Assembly: GCA_963705105.1 (NCBI GenBank)
Contig: CAVPIW010000009.1
Location: 224,001 to 288,000 of the forward strand
From: an uncultured Nitrospiraceae bacterium
Lineage (GTDB): Bacteria > Nitrospirota > Thermodesulfovibrionia > Thermodesulfovibrionales > Dissulfurispiraceae
DNA: 64,000 nucleotides
Direction of reading: 5' to 3'
Below, piece after piece: positions 35,771 to 43,724 of the stretch; the stretch's first letter is position 1, and the number at the start of each line of letters is the position of its first letter. The position numbers and the translations under genes were made by a program. The notes beneath the pieces are model-generated. The model was not told where the DNA came from, made no database searches, and was given only the letters and a program-made list of their open reading frames with translations.

Positions 35771-36385
35771 TCCGGCGCCTGTGTCGGCAATGCAGCAACC
35801 TGCACGGTAACGATGGATGCCGCCAGGACGGTGGCAGCAGCATTCTCAGACAACGGTCCCGCTGCGGCTGAACCGGTCGAAGCAGTCGTCAGCGGAGACT
35901 TCAACAACGACGGCGTCGCCGATATGGCGATCATCGAAACCGGCGGTCTCGTCTCCTACTCGACAAACGTGAACTCTCCTTCGCCGACCTGGATTCCCGT
36001 GCCCGGCCAGATTTTTTCGAAGATCGTGGCGGGGAACTTCAGGTCTTCCCGGGCCGGTGACGAACTGGCGGGTATAACAACCGGCGGCGGGATTTTCTAT
36101 ACGAGGGACTTCCTCGCCTGGACACAGATACCGCTGACAGGGACGCTGACAACGCTTGTGGCCGGGAACTTCAACAACGCGCGGACAGGTGACGAACTGG
36201 CGGGGCTCGCCCCCGACGGTACCGTTTTCGTCACACTGGGCACCAGCATTACCGCAGGATTCAATGAAGTCAACGGCGGGCTTGCCCAACTCGTCTCCGG
36301 CGATGTGAACAGCGACGGACTGACCGATCTGATCGGCTTGAATTCCTTAGGTAAAATCTTGGTGTCGACAAACGCGGGGACGACC

Positions 36386-36637
36386 TGGACACAGGTCCCC
36401 GGTCGGCTTTCGCAGGTCGTCAGCGCCGACATCAACGGCGACCGCAGGTTCGACATCGCCGGCCTGAGCTCCACCGGCACTATCTGGTTCACCACCAATC
36501 TCGGCGCCGCCTGGACACAGGTGCCCGGTTCACTTTCGCAGGTCGTCAGCGCCGACATCAACGGCGACGGCAGGTCCGACATCGCCGGCCTGAGCACCAC
36601 CGGCACGATCTGGTTTACCACCAATCTCGGCGCCGCA
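36386..36637 (+). repeat. 126-bp tandem duplication (propeller blades 5 and 6)
   Basis: WTQVPG(R/S)[31 protein letters not shown] twice; TGG codons at 36386, 36512 and 36638. Confidence 0.9.
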
Positions 36638-36870
36638 TGGACGAATGTGCCGGGAACCCTGACTCAACTGATCAGTGGAGACTTTAACGGCAACGGCAGT
36701 GATGACCTGGCGGGCGTGAGCCGCTGCAGGGACAGCTCTTCCTGTCGACGGACCGGCTTCCCTTTGTTGAGGTCGTCCGGTAGAAAACTTGCCTCGCAAG
36801 TGTGTGTGTTTCACGAGGCTCGTGTGCATAGCAGCCTGCAGCCTATCATGAAACATTCTTTTCAGTGGCA

Positions 36871-36907
36871 GAGGGAGACAGACGGCACAGTTCGGACTGT
36901 CTCCCTC
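36871..36907. terminator. Stem-loop after the restored stop of the surface-protein gene
   Basis: gagggagacag...ctgtctccctc inverted repeat; no clear U tract. Confidence 0.4.
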
Positions 36908-36990
36908 GTCGCCAACTCCCGCAGCGACGACAGCACCGGCAATTCTCTGGAGACACCGAAGGGCGGACCTCACTGAAATTCTCCTTTATT

Positions 36991-37150
36991 GACGATCTCG
37001 TAAAAAGTCGTCATACCCGCGAAGCTTGTCCTCACGGATAGTAAGCGGGGAGCGGGTATCCAGAGTACAAATGACTGTCTGAAAGGACTGGATTCCCGTC
37101 TGCACGGGAATGACGGATACGCCCTTTACAGGAATTCTTACGAGGCCGTC
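36991..37150. mobile_element. 160-bp MITE (family 2) with REP-like core
   Basis: TIRs gacgatctcgtaaaaagtc / gaattcttacgaggccgtc; flanked by TTTATT on both sides; near-identical to 58233-58392. Confidence 0.85.
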
Positions 37151-37269
37151 TTTATTGAAACGTGACAAATTCCGTCAGCATGTGGTCATGATTTGACTAT
37201 GCCGGAAAAGCGCATCAGAAATTTTCCTTTTTTTATCAGTGCCTCCTTTCTTTCTTGCCGATGCTTTTT

Positions 37270-37286
37270 CAGGCATACGGCTTGCT
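37270..37286 (+). promoter_or_regulatory. Putative sigma54 promoter
   Basis: CAGGCATACGGCTTGCT: GG-N10-GC spacing, about 47 nt before ATG 37334. Confidence 0.55.
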
Positions 37287-37333
37287 CCAAGCGGATTATG
37301 ACCATAATACACTGAATTTCTGAGGGAGGTTTT

Positions 37334-38872
37334 ATGCATGATGTCAGTCGTCGTCCGCTTTTGGGTACCGATATGCCATTGAAGCCTGTCAGGGGGATGA
37401 GATCAGGATCTTTGCTTTTCAGGCTGTACAGCACACCGGGCGGCACGGTCATAGTCGCCTTATTGCTTTTTTCCCTGCTCTTCAATGCAAATACTCCCGT
37501 TGCGTCCGGCCTCGTCTGCCCGAGCCAGGAAGAACTCGAGGTTATACGTCTGATCAATGTGGAACGCGCGAATGCGGCACTTCCAGCCCTCACCGCGGAG
37601 ATCCGTCTCGGCACGGCAGCCCGTAAACACAGCCAGGACATGGCGATCCTGAACTTCTTCGCCCACGACAGTCTCAACGGGGCAACATTTGTCGACAGGA
37701 TTGAGGCCGAGGGCTACATCTACTGGAACCGGGCCTCCGAGAACATCGCCGCGGGGTATGGCTCACCCTCCGAAGTTGTGGCGGGCTGGATGAACAGCCC
37801 CGGCCACAGGGCGAATATACTCGATCCGCATGTAAGCGCCGTCGGCGCAGGGTTCTTCTTCGAAGCATCCGATGCCCCTCTGCCGGGGTATTCGTATCCC
37901 TTTTACCGCTACTGGACTACAGACTTCGGCGCCTCCTCCGATGCCCCCGTGAAGGCTCCGGGGGGCAGCGCCGTTGCCAGGGGCAACTTCAATGGCGACA
38001 ACATCGACGATATGGCGATCATTGATGCCTGCGGCAACGTCTTTTTCTCAACGAACGTGACCGCCGCTTCTCCGACCTGGAATCAGGTACCCGGTCAGGT
38101 CTTCTCGAAGATCGTGGCCGGCAACTTCAACCCCGCCCGGCAGGGTGATGAACTTGCCGGTATGGCGATCGACGGCAGGATTTTCTTCACGAGCGACATG
38201 CTCACGTGGACCCAGATACCGCTGACAGCGACGCTCACAGCCCTCGTGAGCGGGAACTTCTACAACGCCCCGGGTGACGAACTGGCGGGTCTTGACCCCA
38301 CGGGCTCCATCTTCGTAACGCTGGGGGCGGACCTTACAACAGGGTTCACCAGAGTCAACGGCAGGCTTGCCCAGCTCACGGCGGGTGATATCAACAACGA
38401 CGGCCAGACAGACCTGATCGGCCTCAGCTCAACCGCCAGGATCTGGGTGTCGAATGATGCCGGGGCTCATTGGACGCAGGTTCCGGGCACGCTCTCTCAG
38501 ATCATCAGCGCCGACTTCAATGGCGACCTCACTTTTGACATCGCCGGCCTGAGCCCGACCGGCAAGCTCTGGTATTCCGTCAATCTCGGTGCCACCTGGA
38601 CGAACGTACCCGGGACGCTGACCACAATGACAATCGGAGACTTCGGTGCGGCGACAGCAGGGGACCGGATGGCAGGCCTGAGTGCCGCCGGGAAGGTCTG
38701 GTACACGCCGACCCTGCCCGTACCGTCCTGGACAAACGTCCCGGGCTCGCTGACGCAGTTGATCACCGGTGACTTTGACGGCGACGGTACCGACGACCTG
38801 GCAGGCGTGGGGCCTGACGGAAGGCTCTACATGTCGCTGGACAGGCTGACCTGGGCCGTTGTTGCCCGGTAG
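37334..38872 (+). CDS. Secreted CAP/SCP-domain protein with C-terminal seven-bladed propeller
   Basis: LINVER, AARKHSQDM, FAHDS, ENIAAG, WMNSPGHRANIL CAP motifs followed by seven GD/GN-F-N..D-xAG repeats. Confidence 0.88.
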   Translation: MHDVSRRPLLGTDMPLKPVRGMRSGSLLFRLYSTPGGTVIVALLLFSLLFNANTPVASGLVCPSQEELEVIRLINVERANAALPALTAEIRLGTAARKHSQDMAILNFFAHDSLNGATFVDRIEAEGYIYWNRASENIAAGYGSPSEVVAGWMNSPGHRANILDPHVSAVGAGFFFEASDAPLPGYSYPFYRYWTTDFGASSDAPVKAPGGSAVARGNFNGDNIDDMAIIDACGNVFFSTNVTAASPTWNQVPGQVFSKIVAGNFNPARQGDELAGMAIDGRIFFTSDMLTWTQIPLTATLTALVSGNFYNAPGDELAGLDPTGSIFVTLGADLTTGFTRVNGRLAQLTAGDINNDGQTDLIGLSSTARIWVSNDAGAHWTQVPGTLSQIISADFNGDLTFDIAGLSPTGKLWYSVNLGATWTNVPGTLTTMTIGDFGAATAGDRMAGLSAAGKVWYTPTLPVPSWTNVPGSLTQLITGDFDGDGTDDLAGVGPDGRLYMSLDRLTWAVVAR

Positions 38873-38884
38873 AAGCAAGATCAA

Positions 38885-39727
38885 CTATCTCTTCCGGGCT
38901 ATGACGTACATGATATCGTAAACGTTCAGGTAGAAATCCAGCCTGGTGAGTCCGCTCTTTTTCAGCAGGTCGTAGAGTCGCTGACGCTGCTTCCGCAGGA
39001 CGAGGATGTTGTAGGCGATGTTGTCGACGCTCCGCGAAAAACCGCAATATCGGCTATACACGGCATCAAAGCCGCACCTGTCGAGGAGCCGGGCCAGGGT
39101 CCTCTTTGAGAAGTAGTGCAAGTGCGTGGGCGGATGCAGGAGCCTCCACTTCTCCTTCTTGAATCTGGCCACGATACTTTCGACATCGCCGGTGGTGATC
39201 GCCACGAGGGCGCCCTTTTCGGTGAGTGAGCCCACCTTCTCCAGGTAGAGATGGGGGTCCCTGAGGTGCTCAATCGTGTCCCAGAGGCAGACCACATCAA
39301 AGATCTGACCGCTGAAATCGTAGCCCAGGAAGTCACCGTGGATCGCCGCCAGCCCGAGTTGCTCCCGGGCATACCGCGTTCCGTCGTCCGATATGTCGAT
39401 GCCCGTCACGGATTCAAAACGCTTGCGGGCCAGGTCGAGAAAGAACCCGTACGCGCAGCCTATTTCGAGAAGCCTCCGGTGGCGTGTCCCGTCAAGAAAT
39501 CGCTGCAGCGTCCTGAACCTGAGCCTGAAGTTCTTCTGGAGGACTCTCCGGTCCGCCAGGTAATCGCTGTACTCTTCACCGAAGAAATATCCCTTGCCGT
39601 AGAGTCGTGACAGTTCCTCGTCGCTGAGCCTGAGGTCTGCGAAGACGTGGCCGCACCCTTCACACCTGAGGATGCCGGAATAGAGGGGTTTGTGCCTGCT
39701 GCCCCCGCAGACGACGCATTCACTCAT
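38885..39727 (-). CDS. Class I SAM-dependent methyltransferase with N-terminal zinc-ribbon
   Basis: CVVC...CEGC, LLEIGCAYGFFL, WDTIEHL, PPTHLHYFS. Confidence 0.88.
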   Translation of the reverse strand: MSECVVCGGSRHKPLYSGILRCEGCGHVFADLRLSDEELSRLYGKGYFFGEEYSDYLADRRVLQKNFRLRFRTLQRFLDGTRHRRLLEIGCAYGFFLDLARKRFESVTGIDISDDGTRYAREQLGLAAIHGDFLGYDFSGQIFDVVCLWDTIEHLRDPHLYLEKVGSLTEKGALVAITTGDVESIVARFKKEKWRLLHPPTHLHYFSKRTLARLLDRCGFDAVYSRYCGFSRSVDNIAYNILVLRKQRQRLYDLLKKSGLTRLDFYLNVYDIMYVIARKR

Positions 39728-40664
39728 CGGGCAGGTTGATCTTTTCCTCGACGATGTAATGAGGCCGGGCCTTTACCTCGTCGAAAATGGCGCCGATGTA
39801 TTCACCGATTATACCGAGAGAGATAAGCTGTACGCCGCTGAACACGGATATGAGGATGGTCAGGGTTGTCCATCCCGAAGGAAGTGATGCATGCAGGAAG
39901 TACTGGACGAAGGTGACGAGGGCGAAGACGAAGCCGAAGGAAGCAAAAAGGAAGCCTAAAAAGATAACTGCCTGCAGGGGCCGCTTGCTGAATGAAACGA
40001 TGCCGTGCACGCCGAAGCGGATCAGACGGCTCAGGGAATACTTGCTCCGGCCTGCCGCACGGGCCTTCACTGCGAAGGGAATGCCGATGCTTTTGAAGCC
40101 GACCCAGCTGAAGAGACCCCTGAGAAATTGGTTGCGCTCCCGTATGCTTGTGTGAAAGAGTCGTGCGACACGGCGGGAAATGAGCCTGAAGTCTGCAGCG
40201 CTTTCGTTGATCGGGACCTTCGAGATGCTGTTGATGATCCGGTAGAAGAGCTTCGAGCTCAGCCTCTTGAAGAATCCGATATCAGGCTGATCCTGCCTGA
40301 TTGTATAGACGATGTCGTAGCCCTCTTCGAATTTGTCGAGCAGTGCGGGGATGAGGGACGGGGGATGCTGCAGGTCGCTGTCCATCATGACGACGGCATC
40401 GGACCGGGCATGATCGATGCCGGCCAGGAGGGACATCTGGTGGCCGAAGCGGGACGAGAGGGCGAGAACCTGCACCGTGTCATCAGCGGCTGCAATACGC
40501 CGCAGGATATCGACCGTGCCGTCGGTGCAGCGGTCCGCGACGTAAAGCACATTCGACAGGTAACGTCCCTCCAGGCCCCGGAGCGCACTGCGCAACGCCT
40601 CATGGAAGGCGCCGATCACCTCTTCTTCGTTGTAAACAGGGCATATGACTGTCAGGGTCTTCAC
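39720..40664 (-). CDS. GT2 polyprenyl-phosphate glycosyltransferase (GtrB/ArnC-like)
   Basis: PVYNEE, FGHQ, MDSDLQHPP, DFRLISR, two C-terminal TMs, GEYIG..RPHYIV. Confidence 0.88.
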   Translation of the reverse strand: MKTLTVICPVYNEEEVIGAFHEALRSALRGLEGRYLSNVLYVADRCTDGTVDILRRIAAADDTVQVLALSSRFGHQMSLLAGIDHARSDAVVMMDSDLQHPPSLIPALLDKFEEGYDIVYTIRQDQPDIGFFKRLSSKLFYRIINSISKVPINESAADFRLISRRVARLFHTSIRERNQFLRGLFSWVGFKSIGIPFAVKARAAGRSKYSLSRLIRFGVHGIVSFSKRPLQAVIFLGFLFASFGFVFALVTFVQYFLHASLPSGWTTLTILISVFSGVQLISLGIIGEYIGAIFDEVKARPHYIVEEKINLPDE

Positions 40665-41578
40665 GTCCGCTTCAGCGTCTCCTCCAGGATCAGGCGGAGC
40701 GATGCCTCTATGGGCAAGGAAGGAACGAAACCGGCGATAGCTCGCAGCTTCCGGGTGCTGCCGTAATGAACGGGTATGTCAACGGTCTTCACGAGCGCCG
40801 TCTTGACCCTCACCTCTATGTCGACTCCCGCAAATCCTGTAAGAGTTGTAAGCATGTCTCTTATCAACGTGCCGGCGCCGGAACATATGTTGACAATCTG
40901 ACCATATGCCTCAGGCCGTCCCAGCACCTCCCGGAAGGCACGGACCGCTTCCCTCACATCGACGAAGTCCCGTGAGTTGCTGAGATTCCCCACCTCAATA
41001 ACCGGCGGAATGACTCCCTTCATGATCGCTGCGATCTGCCCGGCAAAAGACTGGACCACAAGGTGGTCAGGCATGCCGGGGCCGATGAGGTTGAAAGGTC
41101 GCACGATTGCAACAGGCCTGCCGCTCATTGCAGAGGCCAGGCCTTCGAGTGTCTGGGCGAGTTTGCTGATGCCGTAATGGTTGTAAGGGCGGGGATGCAT
41201 GTCTTCCGTGATGGGGACGTCCTGCTCCGTGACGAGCCCGTACTCGGCAGAGGTCCCGACGAGCAGCGCCGGGCAACTGCCGAAGCCCGCCTCTGCAAGA
41301 GCGCCGAGGAGTGCCAGGGCAAAGACGACGTTAACGCGGTAAAACTCGGCGGGATCGTTGGACCTCATGAGACCGGCCATGTGGTAGACCTGGTCGGGTT
41401 GTGCAGCCTTGACGGCTCCGCTGAGCACCTTCACATCGGTTATGTCGGAAACTCTGTAATGGCGGGGCCGATCGAGACCCCTGACACCGACGGTGTGGAC
41501 CTCGACACCCTGCTCCTCAAGATGAGAGATCAGGTGTCTCCCTGAAAATCCGCCCCCGCCGGTGACGAGCGCCCTCAT
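40661..41578 (-). CDS. NAD-dependent epimerase/reductase (Rmd-like)
   Basis: VTGGGGFSG, TSAEYG, YGISK, RPFNLIGPG, GNLSNSRDFVDV. Confidence 0.8.
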   Translation of the reverse strand: MRALVTGGGGFSGRHLISHLEEQGVEVHTVGVRGLDRPRHYRVSDITDVKVLSGAVKAAQPDQVYHMAGLMRSNDPAEFYRVNVVFALALLGALAEAGFGSCPALLVGTSAEYGLVTEQDVPITEDMHPRPYNHYGISKLAQTLEGLASAMSGRPVAIVRPFNLIGPGMPDHLVVQSFAGQIAAIMKGVIPPVIEVGNLSNSRDFVDVREAVRAFREVLGRPEAYGQIVNICSGAGTLIRDMLTTLTGFAGVDIEVRVKTALVKTVDIPVHYGSTRKLRAIAGFVPSLPIEASLRLILEETLKRT

Positions 41579-42294
41579 AATCCTTCCGGCAGGAACTCGG
41601 CCCTCCGGCCCTCAAAGATCTCCGTGGCGATCTGGTAATCGTCGACCCGTCCGATGTCGAGCCAATAGCACGGCTCCTGGTAACAGAGCACCCTGCCACC
41701 GCTGCTGACAAGCCTTAGCATCAGGTCCGGCAGGTCGAGGTAGACGCCTGGGGTGATGTGGGGTTCAACAGCCTTCCTGTTGAGAACGTTCACGCCCATG
41801 CTGACGTCGAAGTGGTATGCCGGCTTTTCGATGTACTTTAAGAGTTCGCCGTCGGGTCCGCTCTCGATGACACCGAAATCTATTTTGACATCCCTGCGGT
41901 ACAAGCCGATTGTCCCCGCAGCGCTGCGTTCACGGTGGAAGTTATAGATGTTCCGGTAGTTGAGTGTCGTCAAAAGATCACCGTTCATGATGAGAAAGTC
42001 GTCATCGAGCCGATCCATGGCCATGCCGATCGGACCGGCCGTGCCGAGGGGCTTGTCCTCGAAGGAATAGGAAATGTCGAGTCCGTAACGGCTTCCATCC
42101 TGAAAAAAGGCCTGAAAAAGCTGGCTCATGTACCCCACTGCGAGAATGACCCGGCGCACGCCTGCCATCCTGAGCTGCCGCAGGATGATCTCGAGGATGG
42201 GATAATCACCGACAGGCAGAAGAGGTTTGGGGAGGACCGTGGTGTATGGTTTGAGACGGGTGCCTTTGCCGCCGGCAAGGATCACTGCCTGCAT
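41575..42294 (-). CDS. Sugar-phosphate nucleotidyltransferase
   Basis: MQAVILAGGKGTRLKP...PKPLLPV, PLGTAG, MNGDLL, WLDIG; true start at ATG 42294. Confidence 0.88.
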   Translation of the reverse strand: MQAVILAGGKGTRLKPYTTVLPKPLLPVGDYPILEIILRQLRMAGVRRVILAVGYMSQLFQAFFQDGSRYGLDISYSFEDKPLGTAGPIGMAMDRLDDDFLIMNGDLLTTLNYRNIYNFHRERSAAGTIGLYRRDVKIDFGVIESGPDGELLKYIEKPAYHFDVSMGVNVLNRKAVEPHITPGVYLDLPDLMLRLVSSGGRVLCYQEPCYWLDIGRVDDYQIATEIFEGRRAEFLPEGL

Positions 42295-42304
42295 GGACGT
42301 TTCA

Positions 42305-43294
42305 TCATAGATTGTACTGCCCGGGTTTGTATCTGTCCAGGTGCTCGGAGACGAAAGCAATGGCCTCCCCGAGCCCTCTATCCAAATCGTATTCAGGCTG
42401 CCATCCGCAGATCTCCCCGGCCTTTGACCGGTCACAGATGAGGGTATACACCTCGCTCTTCTCGGGCCGGAAACGCTCACTCGCCTGGACGATCTCCTTG
42501 TTCGATCCCATAAGAGAGAGGATCCTGCCCGCAAGTTCGCCGATCGTGATTCCCTTTCCAAAGCCCACATTCACCGTTTTGCCGATGGCCTTCCCGGACT
42601 CTGCGACTTTGATGAAACCCTGCACGGTATCCTTCACAAATGTCAGATCACGCACGGGGTCGAGGGCGCCGAGGCTGACCACATCCTGTGTCAGGACCTG
42701 GGTGATGATTGTCGGGATCACGGCGCGGGCCGACTGCCTGGGCCCGTATGTGTTGAAGGGGCGGATCGTCGCAACGGGAAGATCGAAGGACAGGTAGTAG
42801 CTTTCCGCGATCTTGTCGGCGCCGATCTTCGAGGCTGAATACGGCGACTGTCCCTGGAGCGGATGTTTCTCGTCAATGGGCGTGTAAAGCGCAGTGCCGT
42901 ATGTCTCGGACGTCGACGTGTGGACGACCCGGCTGACACCGAAGTTCCTCGATGCCTCCATCACGTTCAGTGTCCCTTCCACATTCGTCCTGACATAGCT
43001 CAACGGGGCCACGTAGGAGTAAGGGATGGCGATAAGCGCGGCCAGATGAAAGACAACGTCCTTGCCTTTCACCTGACGTGAGACAAAGTCGCTGTCCTCG
43101 ACATTCCCCGCGACCACGTTCAGGGAAGCCTTTTTCCCCGGCGGCAGGAGTTCGAGGTTGCCCCAGTCGCTCCTCGATGTGTACCTGATCATCGCCGTCA
43201 CCTCGGCGCCGAGGTCAACAAGGGCTTCGCAGAGATGACTCCCGATGAAGCCGCCGGCGCCGGTTACGAGGATTCTCTTACCGGCGAGTTTCAT
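42305..43294 (-). CDS. NDP-sugar 4,6-dehydratase (LegB-like)
   Basis: VTGAGGFIGSHL, FHLAALIAIPYSY, TSTSETYG, QSPYSASK, RPFNTYGPRQSARA. Confidence 0.85.
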   Translation of the reverse strand: MKLAGKRILVTGAGGFIGSHLCEALVDLGAEVTAMIRYTSRSDWGNLELLPPGKKASLNVVAGNVEDSDFVSRQVKGKDVVFHLAALIAIPYSYVAPLSYVRTNVEGTLNVMEASRNFGVSRVVHTSTSETYGTALYTPIDEKHPLQGQSPYSASKIGADKIAESYYLSFDLPVATIRPFNTYGPRQSARAVIPTIITQVLTQDVVSLGALDPVRDLTFVKDTVQGFIKVAESGKAIGKTVNVGFGKGITIGELAGRILSLMGSNKEIVQASERFRPEKSEVYTLICDRSKAGEICGWQPEYDLDRGLGEAIAFVSEHLDRYKPGQYNL

Positions 43295-43350
43295 AATCAA
43301 TTCTCCCAATCAAACGTTCAATCACAAACTTAACCCGTTCAATACACTCT

Positions 43351-43712
43351 TCGGAAGGCGGGGTGTATGCGCCGAAACCTTGATGCGGCGACACCTTAAC
43401 CTTATCGTTGCAACGCACGCCCGGGCAAGGCGGGGCGTATGCGCCGAAAACCTTGCTGCGGCGACACCTGTATCAAAACGAAAGATGAACTATACGCTAA
43501 TGATCGATGACACAAAGAGTGAACTCCTGAAACACGAAGATGACGAGGCGTATCGTCGCCTTCAGCAAGGCTTTGAGGCGTTTCGCCCCGCCTTTCAATG
43601 CAACTATAGGGTTAACTGTCACAAAAGACAGCGTTTCAAGCCAATGGTCGATGACATGGAGAATGGAATCCGACAGACGAACCTAAAATATCATCGTCGC
43701 CTTCAGCAAGGT
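43351..43712 (+). mobile_element. Nested family 1 MITEs: intact 212-bp copy A2 (43400-43611) inside an older copy
   Basis: Old left arm at 43351-43395 and old right part at 43616-43712; A2 is flanked by TTAA on both sides. Confidence 0.8.
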
Positions 43713-43724
43713 TAAACTCGCTCA

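Larger units (their letters stand above)
34329..36783 (+). pseudogene. Frameshifted secreted protein: FnIII + InlB-B/Flg_new-like repeats + seven-bladed propeller (real pseudogene or sequencing indels)
   Basis: TTG start with GGAGG RBS and signal peptide; VTLSWDPP FnIII; 468-bp repeats; propeller paralogous to 37334 and 60330. Frame breaks near 34525, 35264 and 36721-36731; the restored end is ...[13 protein letters not shown]. Confidence 0.8.

Noticed and set aside
36784..36976. C-terminal tail [10 protein letters not shown]… of the 508-aa ORF
   Set aside because: It results from the frameshift near 36721-36731; the paralogue-like ending stops at 36783.
42305..43294. Complete legionaminic acid pathway
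   Set aside because: Only LegB-like and nucleotidyltransferase genes are present; no aminotransferase, synthase or CMP-transferase in the window.
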